Shown piece after piece: positions 9,174 to 17,835 of a stretch of DNA of 64,000 nucleotides. Source of the DNA: an uncultured Spirochaetaceae bacterium. Lineage in GTDB: Bacteria; Myxococcota_A; UBA9160; UBA4427. The stretch lies in NCBI GenBank assembly GCA_964515335.1, contig CAZETS010000023.1, forward strand, positions 1,901-65,900, written 5' to 3'. Below the pieces are notes generated by a model that saw nothing but the letters and a program-made list of their open reading frames with translations, was not told where the DNA came from and ran no database searches. Position numbers and translations under genes: made by a program. Each line of letters begins with the position of its first letter. Position 1 is the stretch's first letter.

Positions 9174-10118
9174 ATGGCCCCCGGTCCCCCCCGAGCCGAG
9201 CCGATCGGCGCCGATACGAGCCGCTCACCCTTCGATGCCGTGGTGTTCGCCGGCGGCGGGTGCCGCTGCTTCTGGCAGGCCGGCTTCTACGCCGTGGCCG
9301 CACCGGCGCTCGGCATCACGCCGGAGCGGATCGGCGCCGTCAGCGCCGGCGCCGCCTTCGCGTGTGCAGCGCTGCTCGATGCCACCGACGAAGTGCTCTC
9401 CGACTTCAAGCGGCGCACGGCCCGCAACCCGCGCAACGCCTATCCGCGCAACCTGCTGCGCGGGGACCGCGTCTTTCCCCACGAATCGATGTACCGCGGC
9501 GCCGTCCTCACCGGCCTCTCCGCAGGGGATCTGCGCCGGCTGCGCGGAGGTCCCGACCTGCGCATCCTGCTGGCCCGCACGCCGCGCTGGGCGGGCGACC
9601 GGCTCGGCTACGCGATCGGTGGCTTCGCGTACGCGCTCGATCGCTACGAGCTGCGCGTGCACGCGCGCTGGGGGCTGCGCTTCGGCTTCGAGGCCGAGGT
9701 GGTGTCGGCCCGCGAGTGCGGCGACGCGGCCGCACTGACCGAGTTGATCCTGCAGTCGTCCTGCACGCCGCCGCTCTTGCCGCGCTACCGGCGCGACGGT
9801 CGACTCGTGCTCGACGGCGGACTGATCGACAACGCTCCGGCCGACTTCGTGGGCGACGCGCGCTCGACACTGGTGCTGTTGACCCGCGACTACCCGGGTG
9901 GCCGCATTCCCAGTCGTCCCGGGCGCACCTACGCGGCGCCGTCCGAGCCGATCCCGATCGTCAAGTGGGACTACACGAGCCCCGACCTGATCCAGCAGAC
10001 CTTCGATCTCGGGCGGCGGGACGGCGAGGCGTTCGCGCGGCGGCACTCGACCAGCGCCCCGTGCGTGGTCCGGTCCACGGGGCACGCCCGCGGCGAGGAC
10101 AGGCGGTTGGCGGGCTGA
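9174..10118 (+). CDS. Patatin-like phospholipase
   Basis: 314 aa. Oxyanion block FDAVVFAGGGCRCFWQAG. Nucleophile elbow IGAVSAGAAFA, which is A-x-S-x-G rather than strict G-x-S-x-G. Catalytic Asp block VLDGGLIDNAP. Confidence 0.83.
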   Translation: MAPGPPRAEPIGADTSRSPFDAVVFAGGGCRCFWQAGFYAVAAPALGITPERIGAVSAGAAFACAALLDATDEVLSDFKRRTARNPRNAYPRNLLRGDRVFPHESMYRGAVLTGLSAGDLRRLRGGPDLRILLARTPRWAGDRLGYAIGGFAYALDRYELRVHARWGLRFGFEAEVVSARECGDAAALTELILQSSCTPPLLPRYRRDGRLVLDGGLIDNAPADFVGDARSTLVLLTRDYPGGRIPSRPGRTYAAPSEPIPIVKWDYTSPDLIQQTFDLGRRDGEAFARRHSTSAPCVVRSTGHARGEDRRLAG

Positions 10119-10149
10119 GCCCGGCGCACGGCGCGATAGACTTCGCGGC

Positions 10150-12471
10150 GTGAGCAGCACAACCGTGCGTGTCGCGGCCGCTTCGGCCCGCCCAGTCAGG
10201 TCTGCGATCGATCGGCGGGCACTGGCGCTCGCGCTGGTCGGGCTCTGGATCGCGGGGCCGGCGCCGGCGCAGATCGGTCTGCCCGATCTCGGCAGCGAGA
10301 GCGCTGCCGCCTCGCCCGAGCCCACGCTCGAGGAGCGCATCGAGTCGGTGCGGGCCGACATCGCGACCCGCGTGGCGGCGCTCGGCGAGGGCGCCGCCCT
10401 CGATCAGCAGATCGTCGGGCTGCGCCGGTTGCTCGACGTGTTGCAGCGCACCGGGGAGGCCGGGCGGATCTCGGCTCAGCTGCGCGCGGGGCACGACGAG
10501 GCCAGCCAGCGCGCCGCCCGGCCACCGAGCGCCTACTTCAAGGTCGACCCGCCTTTCGCCGTGCCGCTGCTCGACGCGGTGTTCCTCTCCTGGGAGGCGC
10601 AGCAGACGCAGCTCGAGCGGCTCGCCGCCGTGGCGGCGGACACGCGCGCCGCCCTGGAGGCCGCCCGCGAGGACTTCGAGCAGGCCGAGCGGCGTCGCCG
10701 TCGCGCGCGCGACGAGCGCGACGAGGCAGCGGCCGCGGCCGAGCGGGCGCGGCTCGCCGAGCTGCTCGGCCGGCGCGAGCTCGAGAGCCGGATCGCCCGC
10801 GCCGATCGCGAGCTGGCGCGCGTCGCGCTCGAGAACGCCGAGCTCGAGGTCGCAATGCAGCGCGCCGCCGAGCGCCAGGCGGCCGCGGCCCTCGAGTGGG
10901 TGCGCGGGCACCTGCTGCCGGACGACGGCGATCTCGAGGAGGTGATCGCCGATCTCGACAAGCGGGGCTTCGATCTCGAACGCGCCCTCGAGTCGACCCG
11001 GCTCGACCTGGCCGACGCCGCCGGCCGGCTCGACGCCGCGCGCGCGCGCACCAGCGCCGCGGCGCCCGACGAGGCCGCGGTGCGCGCCGCCGAGGTGGCG
11101 GCCCGGCGCCTCGCCTACACGGCCGCGCAGCGGCGTGCGGCGCTGCTCGGCGAGCGCGCCGAGCGGCTCGGCCTCGCCAAGCAGGCCTGGCAGCGGCGCT
11201 ACCGGGTGCTGGCGGGACCGCTCGACGCCGCGGACAGCGGCCTCTGGCGGATCGAGTCCGAGGGGCACGTCGACGATCTGCGCCGCCAGCGCCGCATCAA
11301 GCAGGCGCGGCGCGACGAGCTGTCGGTCGACCTCGACGAGCTGCGCGGTCGCATCCTTGCGTTCGTGACCAGCGACGCCGCGGCGGGTCGGCAGAGCGGG
11401 CTCTCGCGTTGGCTGCGTGCCCAGGAGAACGACTACCTCGCCCTGACACGGCTCTACGACTCCGACCTCGCCAGCCTCGACGAGACGCTCCGCCTGCAGG
11501 AGCGACTGCTCGCCGAGCTGCGGGCCCACGACGAGGGCCTCGCGCTGCGGGAGCGGCTCGCCCGCCTGCGCGAGACCGCCACCGAGGTCTGGGCCTACGA
11601 GGTGATGGCCTCGGAGGACCGGCCGATCACGATCGGCAAGATCACCACGGCGCTCTTCGTCTTCGTCGCCGGGCTGATGCTCGCGCGGCGGATTGCGCGG
11701 GGCCTCTCCGGGCGGGTGCTGTCCCGCTTCGGCTGGGACCCCGGCGTGCGCTCGGCCTTCGAGTCGCTCTTCTTCTACTCGGCGGTGGCGCTGGTCTTCC
11801 TGATCGCGCTGCGCACGGTGAACATCCCGCTCACCGCCTTCGCGGTGGTGGGCGGCGCGCTCGCCCTCGGCATCGGTTTCGGCAGCCAGGCGGTCGTCAG
11901 CAACTTCATCAGCGGGCTGATCCTGCTCGCCGAGCGGCCCATCAAGGCGGGGGATCACGTCGAGGTGGAGGGCATCTACGGAATGGTCGAACGGATCGGG
12001 CTGCGCAGCACCCGCATCCGCACCGGCGACAACTTCCACATCATCGTGCCGAACGCATCGTTCCTCGAGCGGAGCGTCATCAACTGGACCCACGACACGA
12101 ACAAGGTCCGGCTCAAGGTGGCGGTGGGCGTCGCCTACGGCTCGCCGACCCGTCTGGTCGAGCGCTCTCTGGTGGAAGTGGCGGCCGCCCACGACGCGAC
12201 GCTGCCGACGCCCGCGCCGATCGCGATCTTCATGGACTTCGCCGACAGCTGCCTGCTCTTCGAGGTGCGGTTCTGGATCCGGGTGCACGACATCGGCGAC
12301 AAGCTGCTGATCGAGAGCCAGGTGCGCTTCGCGATCGACGATCGGTTCCGCGAGGAGGGCATCGAGATCGCCTTCCCGCAGCGGGATCTGCACATCGACG
12401 CGGCGCGGCCCGTGCCGGTGCGCATCGAACGCGACCCGGCAGGCGAGAGCTCCCGGACACCGCCGGCCTGA
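10150..12471 (+). CDS. MscS-family mechanosensitive channel with a long N-terminal coiled-coil domain (MscK/MscM-like)
   Basis: 773 aa with a signal-like N-terminus. About 450 aa are Ala/Arg/Glu-rich coiled coil, followed by TM helices. MscS core: GALALGIGFGSQAVVSNFISGLILLAERPIKAGDHVEVEGIYGMVERIGLRSTRIRTGDNFHIIVPNASF. Confidence 0.9.
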   Translation: MSSTTVRVAAASARPVRSAIDRRALALALVGLWIAGPAPAQIGLPDLGSESAAASPEPTLEERIESVRADIATRVAALGEGAALDQQIVGLRRLLDVLQRTGEAGRISAQLRAGHDEASQRAARPPSAYFKVDPPFAVPLLDAVFLSWEAQQTQLERLAAVAADTRAALEAAREDFEQAERRRRRARDERDEAAAAAERARLAELLGRRELESRIARADRELARVALENAELEVAMQRAAERQAAAALEWVRGHLLPDDGDLEEVIADLDKRGFDLERALESTRLDLADAAGRLDAARARTSAAAPDEAAVRAAEVAARRLAYTAAQRRAALLGERAERLGLAKQAWQRRYRVLAGPLDAADSGLWRIESEGHVDDLRRQRRIKQARRDELSVDLDELRGRILAFVTSDAAAGRQSGLSRWLRAQENDYLALTRLYDSDLASLDETLRLQERLLAELRAHDEGLALRERLARLRETATEVWAYEVMASEDRPITIGKITTALFVFVAGLMLARRIARGLSGRVLSRFGWDPGVRSAFESLFFYSAVALVFLIALRTVNIPLTAFAVVGGALALGIGFGSQAVVSNFISGLILLAERPIKAGDHVEVEGIYGMVERIGLRSTRIRTGDNFHIIVPNASFLERSVINWTHDTNKVRLKVAVGVAYGSPTRLVERSLVEVAAAHDATLPTPAPIAIFMDFADSCLLFEVRFWIRVHDIGDKLLIESQVRFAIDDRFREEGIEIAFPQRDLHIDAARPVPVRIERDPAGESSRTPPA

Positions 12472-12489
12472 GCGACGTCGGCTGCCGCC

Positions 12490-12515
12490 ATCCCGCGCTC
12501 CTCGCCGGGCGGGAT
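12490..12515 (+). terminator. Possible stem-loop downstream of the MscS-family gene (no U-tract)
   Basis: Inverted repeat atcccgc (12490-12496) / gcgggat (12509-12515) with a 12-nt loop, 19 nt after the stop codon. It is followed by cagtgacg rather than a T-run, so this is weak. Confidence 0.2.
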
Positions 12516-12627
12516 CAGTGACGCGGTGGGGCGATCCCGCGGCCGCCGAGTGATTCGCCGAGGCCGTGGTCGAGCCGCTGTCCGGCCGCTGACCGGATCC
12601 GCTCGACCGCGCTGCTACGCTCGTCCC

Positions 12628-13041
12628 GTGAGCGAAGCCGCCGATCCGCCGATCACCACCTCCGAGGCCGTCACCGAAGGCGTCCGCGTGAACGTGCGCG
12701 CCCGCTACTCGGCCGAGCACTCGGATCCGGGCCGCAGTCGCTGGTTCTTCCTGTACACCATCCGCATCAGCAACGAGGGCGTGCAGGCAGTTCAGCTCAC
12801 CGACCGTCACTGGTACATCGTGGACGGCTCGGGTCGCACCGAAGAGGTGCAGGGCCCGGGTGTCGTGGGCGAGCAGCCGGTGCTCGATCCCGGCGGTGCG
12901 TTCGAGTACACCTCGGGCTGCCCGCTGACGACGCCCTTCGGCAGCATGTCGGGCGCCTACCGCATGCAGCGCAACGACGGGACGGCCTTCGAGGCCGAGG
13001 TGGGGCTGTTCGAGTTGGTGCAGCCCGTGGCGATCCACTGA
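12628..13041 (+). CDS. apaG: ApaG (DUF525) protein
   Basis: The track ORF starts at 12526, but an ApaG-sized product starts at in-frame GTG 12628 (residue 35). VSEAADPPITTSEAVTEGVRVNVRARYSAEHSDPGRSRWFFLYTIRISNEG...GEQPVLDPGGAFEYTSGCPLTTPFGSMSGAYRM matches the ApaG fold family. Its stop codon abuts the stop of the convergent gene (TGA|TCA). Confidence 0.85.
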   Translation: MSEAADPPITTSEAVTEGVRVNVRARYSAEHSDPGRSRWFFLYTIRISNEGVQAVQLTDRHWYIVDGSGRTEEVQGPGVVGEQPVLDPGGAFEYTSGCPLTTPFGSMSGAYRMQRNDGTAFEAEVGLFELVQPVAIH

Positions 13042-14139
13042 TCAGAGGAAGCCAGGCACCTCCGTCTCGAGCCATTCGACGATCGCGGCCGCGGCGATGC
13101 CGTGTGCGGCGCGATTGGGGTGGTGGTCGCCGGGGTGAACGCGCAGATCCCGGGGATCGCTGTCCGCGAACCGCGGCGCCAGGTCGAGGACCGGAAGGCC
13201 CGCATCTCGCGCGAGCCGGCTGACCGTCTCGTGGGCAGCGTGGAAGGGATAGGCCCCCCCGGCGCGCTCGAGCAGCGGATAGATCACGAGGGCGACGCGG
13301 CAACGGTCCTGGCCGGCGAGCCTGTGGAACTGCTCCGCGAGAACCCGCAGCCCGTAGGGATTGTGCTGCTCGTCGTACAGGTCGTGGTACCACTCGATGG
13401 TCTCCCGCTCGATCCTGCGTAGCTCGAGGCGGGAAGCCAGCAGCTGGACGAAGCGCGGCATGCGGCTCGTCCAGGATCCCCGCCGATGCTCGTCGAGCTC
13501 TTCGTCGCGCACCAGGATGAGGTCGTTGATGTATCGCTGCCGCGATGCCAGGTCTTCTTCTGCGGCGATGTCGTTCAGTACGTAGGTGACGATCGCGCGT
13601 GAGGCGTCGAGGATGCGGCAGGCCGCCTCCAGATCCTCGATCTCCCGCTCGGTGTCCGCGCCCGGGACGGCGGCGTTGACCACCTCGTAGCGCGGCCCGA
13701 GCAGCCCCTCGACCTGCTTGTAGAGCGAAGCGTCGAGGGGCACGCCCTCGCCGTACGCGAAGGAATCGCCGATTCCGACGATCCTGGTCAGCCCGGGCGT
13801 CCCCGGCCCGTAGTAGCGATCCCGGATGTTCTGGAGCGACTTCCTGTATTCGACACAGTAGGGAGTCTCCACCAGGCGGCTCAGCGCGAGCTGCTCGGGC
13901 GGGATGCCGATCGACTTGAGGAACCACGTTCCGCCGCCGAGGTCGCCGAACTCACGGAACTCGCCGTCCGGATTCGACGGGTAGCACTCGTAGTAGACGC
14001 TCGGATCGGCGTAGTCGTAGAGCTGCCGCTTGGTGCGAAGGGCGGTCGGCTTCCAGTCGAAAGTGTGCAGCAGGCCTTCGACGATCAGGAGACCGACGAC
14101 GCATCCGAGCAGCAGGGCGAGGAGTCGGGAGCGCGTCAT
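13042..14139 (-). CDS. Membrane-anchored SGNH/GDSL-family hydrolase
   Basis: 365 aa. N-terminal TM anchor MTRSRLLALLLGCVVGLLIVEGLL. Block I is RIVGIGDSFAYGEG (GDS). Block V is VHPGDHHPN (DxxH). It starts 9 nt downstream of the DUF481 gene on the same strand. Confidence 0.75.
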   Translation of the reverse strand: MTRSRLLALLLGCVVGLLIVEGLLHTFDWKPTALRTKRQLYDYADPSVYYECYPSNPDGEFREFGDLGGGTWFLKSIGIPPEQLALSRLVETPYCVEYRKSLQNIRDRYYGPGTPGLTRIVGIGDSFAYGEGVPLDASLYKQVEGLLGPRYEVVNAAVPGADTEREIEDLEAACRILDASRAIVTYVLNDIAAEEDLASRQRYINDLILVRDEELDEHRRGSWTSRMPRFVQLLASRLELRRIERETIEWYHDLYDEQHNPYGLRVLAEQFHRLAGQDRCRVALVIYPLLERAGGAYPFHAAHETVSRLARDAGLPVLDLAPRFADSDPRDLRVHPGDHHPNRAAHGIAAAAIVEWLETEVPGFL

Positions 14140-14148
14140 GCCTCCTGC

Positions 14149-15351
14149 TCAGAAGTCCCAGCCGAAGCCGATCGTGAGCCGGTAGTCGTCCGGGAACGGG
14201 GAGCTCGGCAAGGGGCGGTATGTGGCGGCCTGGTTCCGATCCCAGATGAACGTGGTGTCGAGGTCGAGGCTGGACCACACGTCGACCGAGAGCGTCGTCA
14301 AGGCGTGGTGGAAGGTCTCGGCGGTCTCTGGGACGCCCATCTGCACCTGATACTGGCCGCTCCACTCGATGTCGTTGGTGATGTCGGTGTCGAAGTCGAG
14401 CCGGAAGATGATCGCAGCCGAGGTGTGGTCGGTGACGGTGAGCGGCGGCCGCGGCACGAGGTCACGCGTGACCGTGGCCCCGACGTTGATCGCGACGTCG
14501 ATCTCGGTGCGGCCGCTGTCGACGATCGCATAGCCGACGCCGGTGGCCGGAGTGAACCGGAAGTCGACGTTCTGGAAGAGATCGGTGTAGTACTCGAACG
14601 ACAGGACGGTCACGTAGAACCGCCGCGTGATGAAGATGTCGCCCTTGGTGTTGACCCGGTGGTTGTTGTCCGTCTGCACGCCGTTCACGTTGCTGATCGT
14701 GCCGTTGTACCTGTTGTCGAAGCGGCTGCGCGCCGTCTCGCGGGTCAGGGAGGCCACGGTCGTCAGGTCGCTCTGGCTCGTATTGCCGGCGCGCAGCGTG
14801 AGGCCGAGGCTCGCCTTGCCGCTCCAGTAGTTCCGTTCGGTCGGCATGCCGGGCACCATGCCGACCAGGTCGCTACGGCTGTAGGTCTCGATGCCGGAGG
14901 CGGTGCGCACGCGGACCACGGCGCCGCGAATGGCCACCGTGCCGGACACCTCGCGTTTCGGCTCGACGCGCAGTGTCTGGGGCCCCGCGGTCAGCACCGC
15001 GAAGACGTCTCCGAAATCGAGCTTGAGGTCGTCGAGCTCGTCGCTGTCGAACTCGAGCGAGTCGATCCGGATGCGATCGACCGTCCCCTGCAGCCACTCC
15101 CCCGAACTGAGCTGGATCCAGTCGGGCCCCTCGTGGCCTTCGGGGCGCGGCTCGAAGTCGCTGTCGGCGATCAGCTCGGCGGGAGGGTCGGCGCTCGGCG
15201 TCGTCCAGCCGGCGGCCACACCCGCCGGCAGGAGCGCCAGGGACAGGCTCCAGACGAGCAGGCCCGCGGCGGCGAGGCGGCCGCTCGCGTTTCGCGCGAG
15301 CGCCGGAGCCGCCGGCTTTCGAGACGACTCGCTCACTTCGAGTCTCGTCAT
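14149..15351 (-). CDS. DUF481-family outer-membrane beta-barrel protein (YdiY-like)
   Basis: The track ORF extends to 15666. I place the start at Met106 (15351) before the signal-like LAAAGLLVWSLSLALLPAGVAAG. DUF481-type pattern: YWSGKASLGLTLRAGNTSQSDLTT...RFDNRYNGTISN...TKGDIFITRRFYVTVLSFEYYTDLFQNV. The C-terminus is GFGWDF. Confidence 0.78.
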   Translation of the reverse strand: MTRLEVSESSRKPAAPALARNASGRLAAAGLLVWSLSLALLPAGVAAGWTTPSADPPAELIADSDFEPRPEGHEGPDWIQLSSGEWLQGTVDRIRIDSLEFDSDELDDLKLDFGDVFAVLTAGPQTLRVEPKREVSGTVAIRGAVVRVRTASGIETYSRSDLVGMVPGMPTERNYWSGKASLGLTLRAGNTSQSDLTTVASLTRETARSRFDNRYNGTISNVNGVQTDNNHRVNTKGDIFITRRFYVTVLSFEYYTDLFQNVDFRFTPATGVGYAIVDSGRTEIDVAINVGATVTRDLVPRPPLTVTDHTSAAIIFRLDFDTDITNDIEWSGQYQVQMGVPETAETFHHALTTLSVDVWSSLDLDTTFIWDRNQAATYRPLPSSPFPDDYRLTIGFGWDF

Positions 15352-15734
15352 GGTGCTGCGTGCCTTCCTTTCCGTTCCCTGTATTCGGGGCGCCCGTTTC
15401 GGACCGGCGGAACCATACGGAAGACCGTGCGCGGACGGCAGGGGGCCGGATGGGTTTCCGCAGTGATTCCGGATTCGCTCGTCATTCCACCCCATTCGCT
15501 CGGGTATGCTCGGCTGCTTGGGGGGCGGGGACCACCGCATGCTCGCCTTGGCGAGCCGGCAGTCCGGGAGGATTCGCGTGGGCATCGAAGAGTTCTCGCG
15601 CGTGAGCGGGCGCGTGCGGCGTGGGGGGAGGGGCACTTCGATCGCGACGCCGGCCGAGCAGGGCACGCGGCGGTTCGCCGCCGAAGTGCTGCCGGAGATC
15701 CAACGTTGGTAGACGCTGCCCGGCGAGGCCAGGC
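15352..15734. promoter_or_regulatory. Long divergent intergenic region (DUF481 operon / thiolase-like gene) containing 21-bp-phased direct repeats
   Basis: 383 bp without a convincing ORF. ATTCGCTCG occurs at 15473-15481 and 15494-15502, and each copy is preceded by ATTCC. Confidence 0.4.
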
Positions 15735-17210
15735 ATGACGATCGATCCGCGCACGCCGGTCTTGATCGGATGCGGCCAGGTCAAGCAGCGGGTCGACGAC
15801 CCGCTCGATGCCGCGGAGCCGCTCGAGCTGATGCGCGAAGCGGCGCGCCTGGCCGAACGCGACACGGGAGCCGGTGGCGTGCTCGCTTCGGCCGACGCGA
15901 TCTTCGTGCCGAAGGGCCTCTGGCCCTACGCGAACCCGGCCGCGTGGCTGCGCGACGAGCTGGCTGCGCCCGGCGCCGCGACCGGGCTCGCGCCGATCAG
16001 TGGCAGCATGGTGCAGCACATGGCGAGCCTCGCCGCGCTCGACGTGGCGGCCGGCCGGCGCGATCTGGTGCTGCTGGTCGGAGCGGAGGCCGAGCACAGT
16101 CGCCGGCGCGCGAAGGCGCGAGGAATCGAGCTGCCCTGGCGCGAGCTGCCCGAGTCGTCGCCCGACGTCGAATTCGGCAGCGGCGACCGGATGGCGAGCT
16201 CGCACGAGTTCGATCGCGGCATCGGTCGACCGCCGGTCTTCTTCTCGCTGTACGAGAACGCCATGCGACACGCGCGCGGCGAGTCGCTCGACGCCCATCG
16301 CGAGCGCGTCGCCAGGCTCTGGGCCGGCTTCAGCCGCGTCGCTGCCGACAACCCCCACGCGTGGACGAGCGATCCGTTGGACCCCGAGGCCATTCGCACG
16401 CCGAGCGACGACAACCGGCTGATCGCCTGGCCGTACACGAAGCGCATGTGCTCGAACATGGTGGTCGATCTCGGGGCGGCGGTGATCCTGTGCGCCGAGG
16501 AGGTCGCCGATCGGCTCGGCGTGCCCCGGGCGAAGCGCGTCTATCTGCACGCCGCGACGGACGCTGCCGGCTCGGCGCTGCTGTCGCACCGGATGGACTT
16601 CGTGAGCGAGCCGGCGATGCGCATCGCGGGGCGCCGGGTGCTCGACCTCGCCGGCACGAACATCGAGGAGGTCGATCATCTCGATCTGTACAGCTGCTTT
16701 CCGGCGGCCGTGCAGCTGGCCGTACGCGAGCTCGGCGTGCCGCCGGGCAGGGCGCTCAGCGTCACCGGTGGACTCGGCTTCGCCGGCGGCCCGTTCAACA
16801 GCTACGTGCTCCACTCGATCGCCACCATGATGGACCGACTGCGCGGCCGGCCGGGCCGGCGCGGCCTCGTCACGTCGATCGGTGGGTGGGTGGCCAAGCA
16901 CGCCTTCGGGGTCTACGGCAGCGATCCGCCCGCCCGGGGGCTTCGCTACGAGGACGTCAGCGCCGAGGTCGCGGCGCTGCCCGTGCGCGAGCTGCGCGAG
17001 CAGATGACCGGTGCGGCGACGATCGAGACCTACGCGCTGCGCTACCGGGACGGCGCGCCGGAGGGGGCGACGGCGGCCTGCCTCGACGACGCCGGCGTGC
17101 GGGCCTGGGCGTGGACCGACGACCCGGTGCTGCTCGAGCGCATGACCCGCGAAGAGCCGATCGGCTGGTTGGTCCGTCTGGACGAGGCAGGCAGGCTGAC
17201 CCCGGCTTGA
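15735..17210 (+). CDS. Thiolase-like protein (acetyl-CoA acetyltransferase / SCP-x-type thiolase family)
   Basis: The start is taken at Met39 of track ORF 15621 (MTIDPRTPVLIGCGQV). The C-terminal thiolase-fold block is IEEVDHLDLYSCFPAAVQLAVRELGVPPGRALSVTGGLGFAGGPFNSYVLHSIATMMDRLR. Confidence 0.72.
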   Translation: MTIDPRTPVLIGCGQVKQRVDDPLDAAEPLELMREAARLAERDTGAGGVLASADAIFVPKGLWPYANPAAWLRDELAAPGAATGLAPISGSMVQHMASLAALDVAAGRRDLVLLVGAEAEHSRRRAKARGIELPWRELPESSPDVEFGSGDRMASSHEFDRGIGRPPVFFSLYENAMRHARGESLDAHRERVARLWAGFSRVAADNPHAWTSDPLDPEAIRTPSDDNRLIAWPYTKRMCSNMVVDLGAAVILCAEEVADRLGVPRAKRVYLHAATDAAGSALLSHRMDFVSEPAMRIAGRRVLDLAGTNIEEVDHLDLYSCFPAAVQLAVRELGVPPGRALSVTGGLGFAGGPFNSYVLHSIATMMDRLRGRPGRRGLVTSIGGWVAKHAFGVYGSDPPARGLRYEDVSAEVAALPVRELREQMTGAATIETYALRYRDGAPEGATAACLDDAGVRAWAWTDDPVLLERMTREEPIGWLVRLDEAGRLTPA

Positions 17211-17316
17211 GGCTCCCGGGGCAGGGTGGGGCCTCCTGCGGGGCGACGCCGCTCTGCGCTCGCGGTCGTGCGCAGGCCGGGGCAGAATGGGGCGGGTCGG
17301 ATTGGGGAGGATCTCG

Positions 17317-17820
17317 ATGAGCCGGGGCTTCGGGCGGGGTGTGTGGGCGTGGGGTGCCGCCGGGCTGGTCGCCGCCCTCGTGGCGGGCGGATGCGCGAGC
17401 AGCCGTTACAAGACCCAAGCGAACGTCGACACCGAGTACGACTTCGCGAAGGTCGACTCCTTCGTCCTGCAGCCGATCCGGCAGAAGGCCGCCGTGTCTG
17501 CGGGCGGCCAGCGGCTCCAGGAGGCCCTGCGCGACGGTCTCACCGCCCGCGGCTACGCCGAGGCGCCGGCCGACCAGGCCGACGTGATCATCAGCTACGA
17601 CCTCGGCCGCTACGCGCCCGCCAAGCTCTCCGGAGCGAACAGCTTCGCGATCACCGAGGGCACGCTCACCGTGCGCGTCATCGACCCGCAAAGCGGACGA
17701 ACGGTGTGGTACGGCTGGGTCGAGACGCGCCTGCGCACCGACGACGACCAGGAGATCATCCGCGAGGCGGTCGACGCGCTGTTCCGCGACCAGATCCCTC
17801 GCGTGCCGGCGGCGGACTGA
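17317..17820 (+). CDS. DUF4136-like lipoprotein
   Basis: ATG 17317 has GGGGAGGA upstream. Signal plus lipobox: MSRGFGRGVWAWGAAGLVAALVAGGC. Pattern DFAKVDSFVLQP...ADVIISYDLG...GTLTVRVIDPQSGRTVWYGWVE is typical of DUF4136. Confidence 0.68.
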   Translation: MSRGFGRGVWAWGAAGLVAALVAGGCASSRYKTQANVDTEYDFAKVDSFVLQPIRQKAAVSAGGQRLQEALRDGLTARGYAEAPADQADVIISYDLGRYAPAKLSGANSFAITEGTLTVRVIDPQSGRTVWYGWVETRLRTDDDQEIIREAVDALFRDQIPRVPAAD

Positions 17821-17835
17821 ACCGGGGAGGCCGGG

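Noticed and set aside
6082-9738. 1218-aa ORF on the + strand, with companion antisense ORFs 5336-6994, 6669-7970 and 7103-8953.
   Set aside because: Extreme Arg/Ala/Pro/Gly composition with no domain-like blocks. They overlap, in other frames, the TPR/sulfatase and patatin genes, which have clear family motifs. These are typical stop-poor shadow ORFs of high-GC DNA.
9961-13038. 1025-aa antisense ORF covering the MscS-family and apaG genes.
   Set aside because: Low-complexity R/A/G/P/E sequence, whereas the opposite strand encodes an unambiguous MscS core and ApaG.
15360-15605. 81-aa ORF inside the 383-bp divergent spacer.
   Set aside because: No SD sequence, composition not protein-like, and no recognisable motif. 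I treat the region as regulatory.
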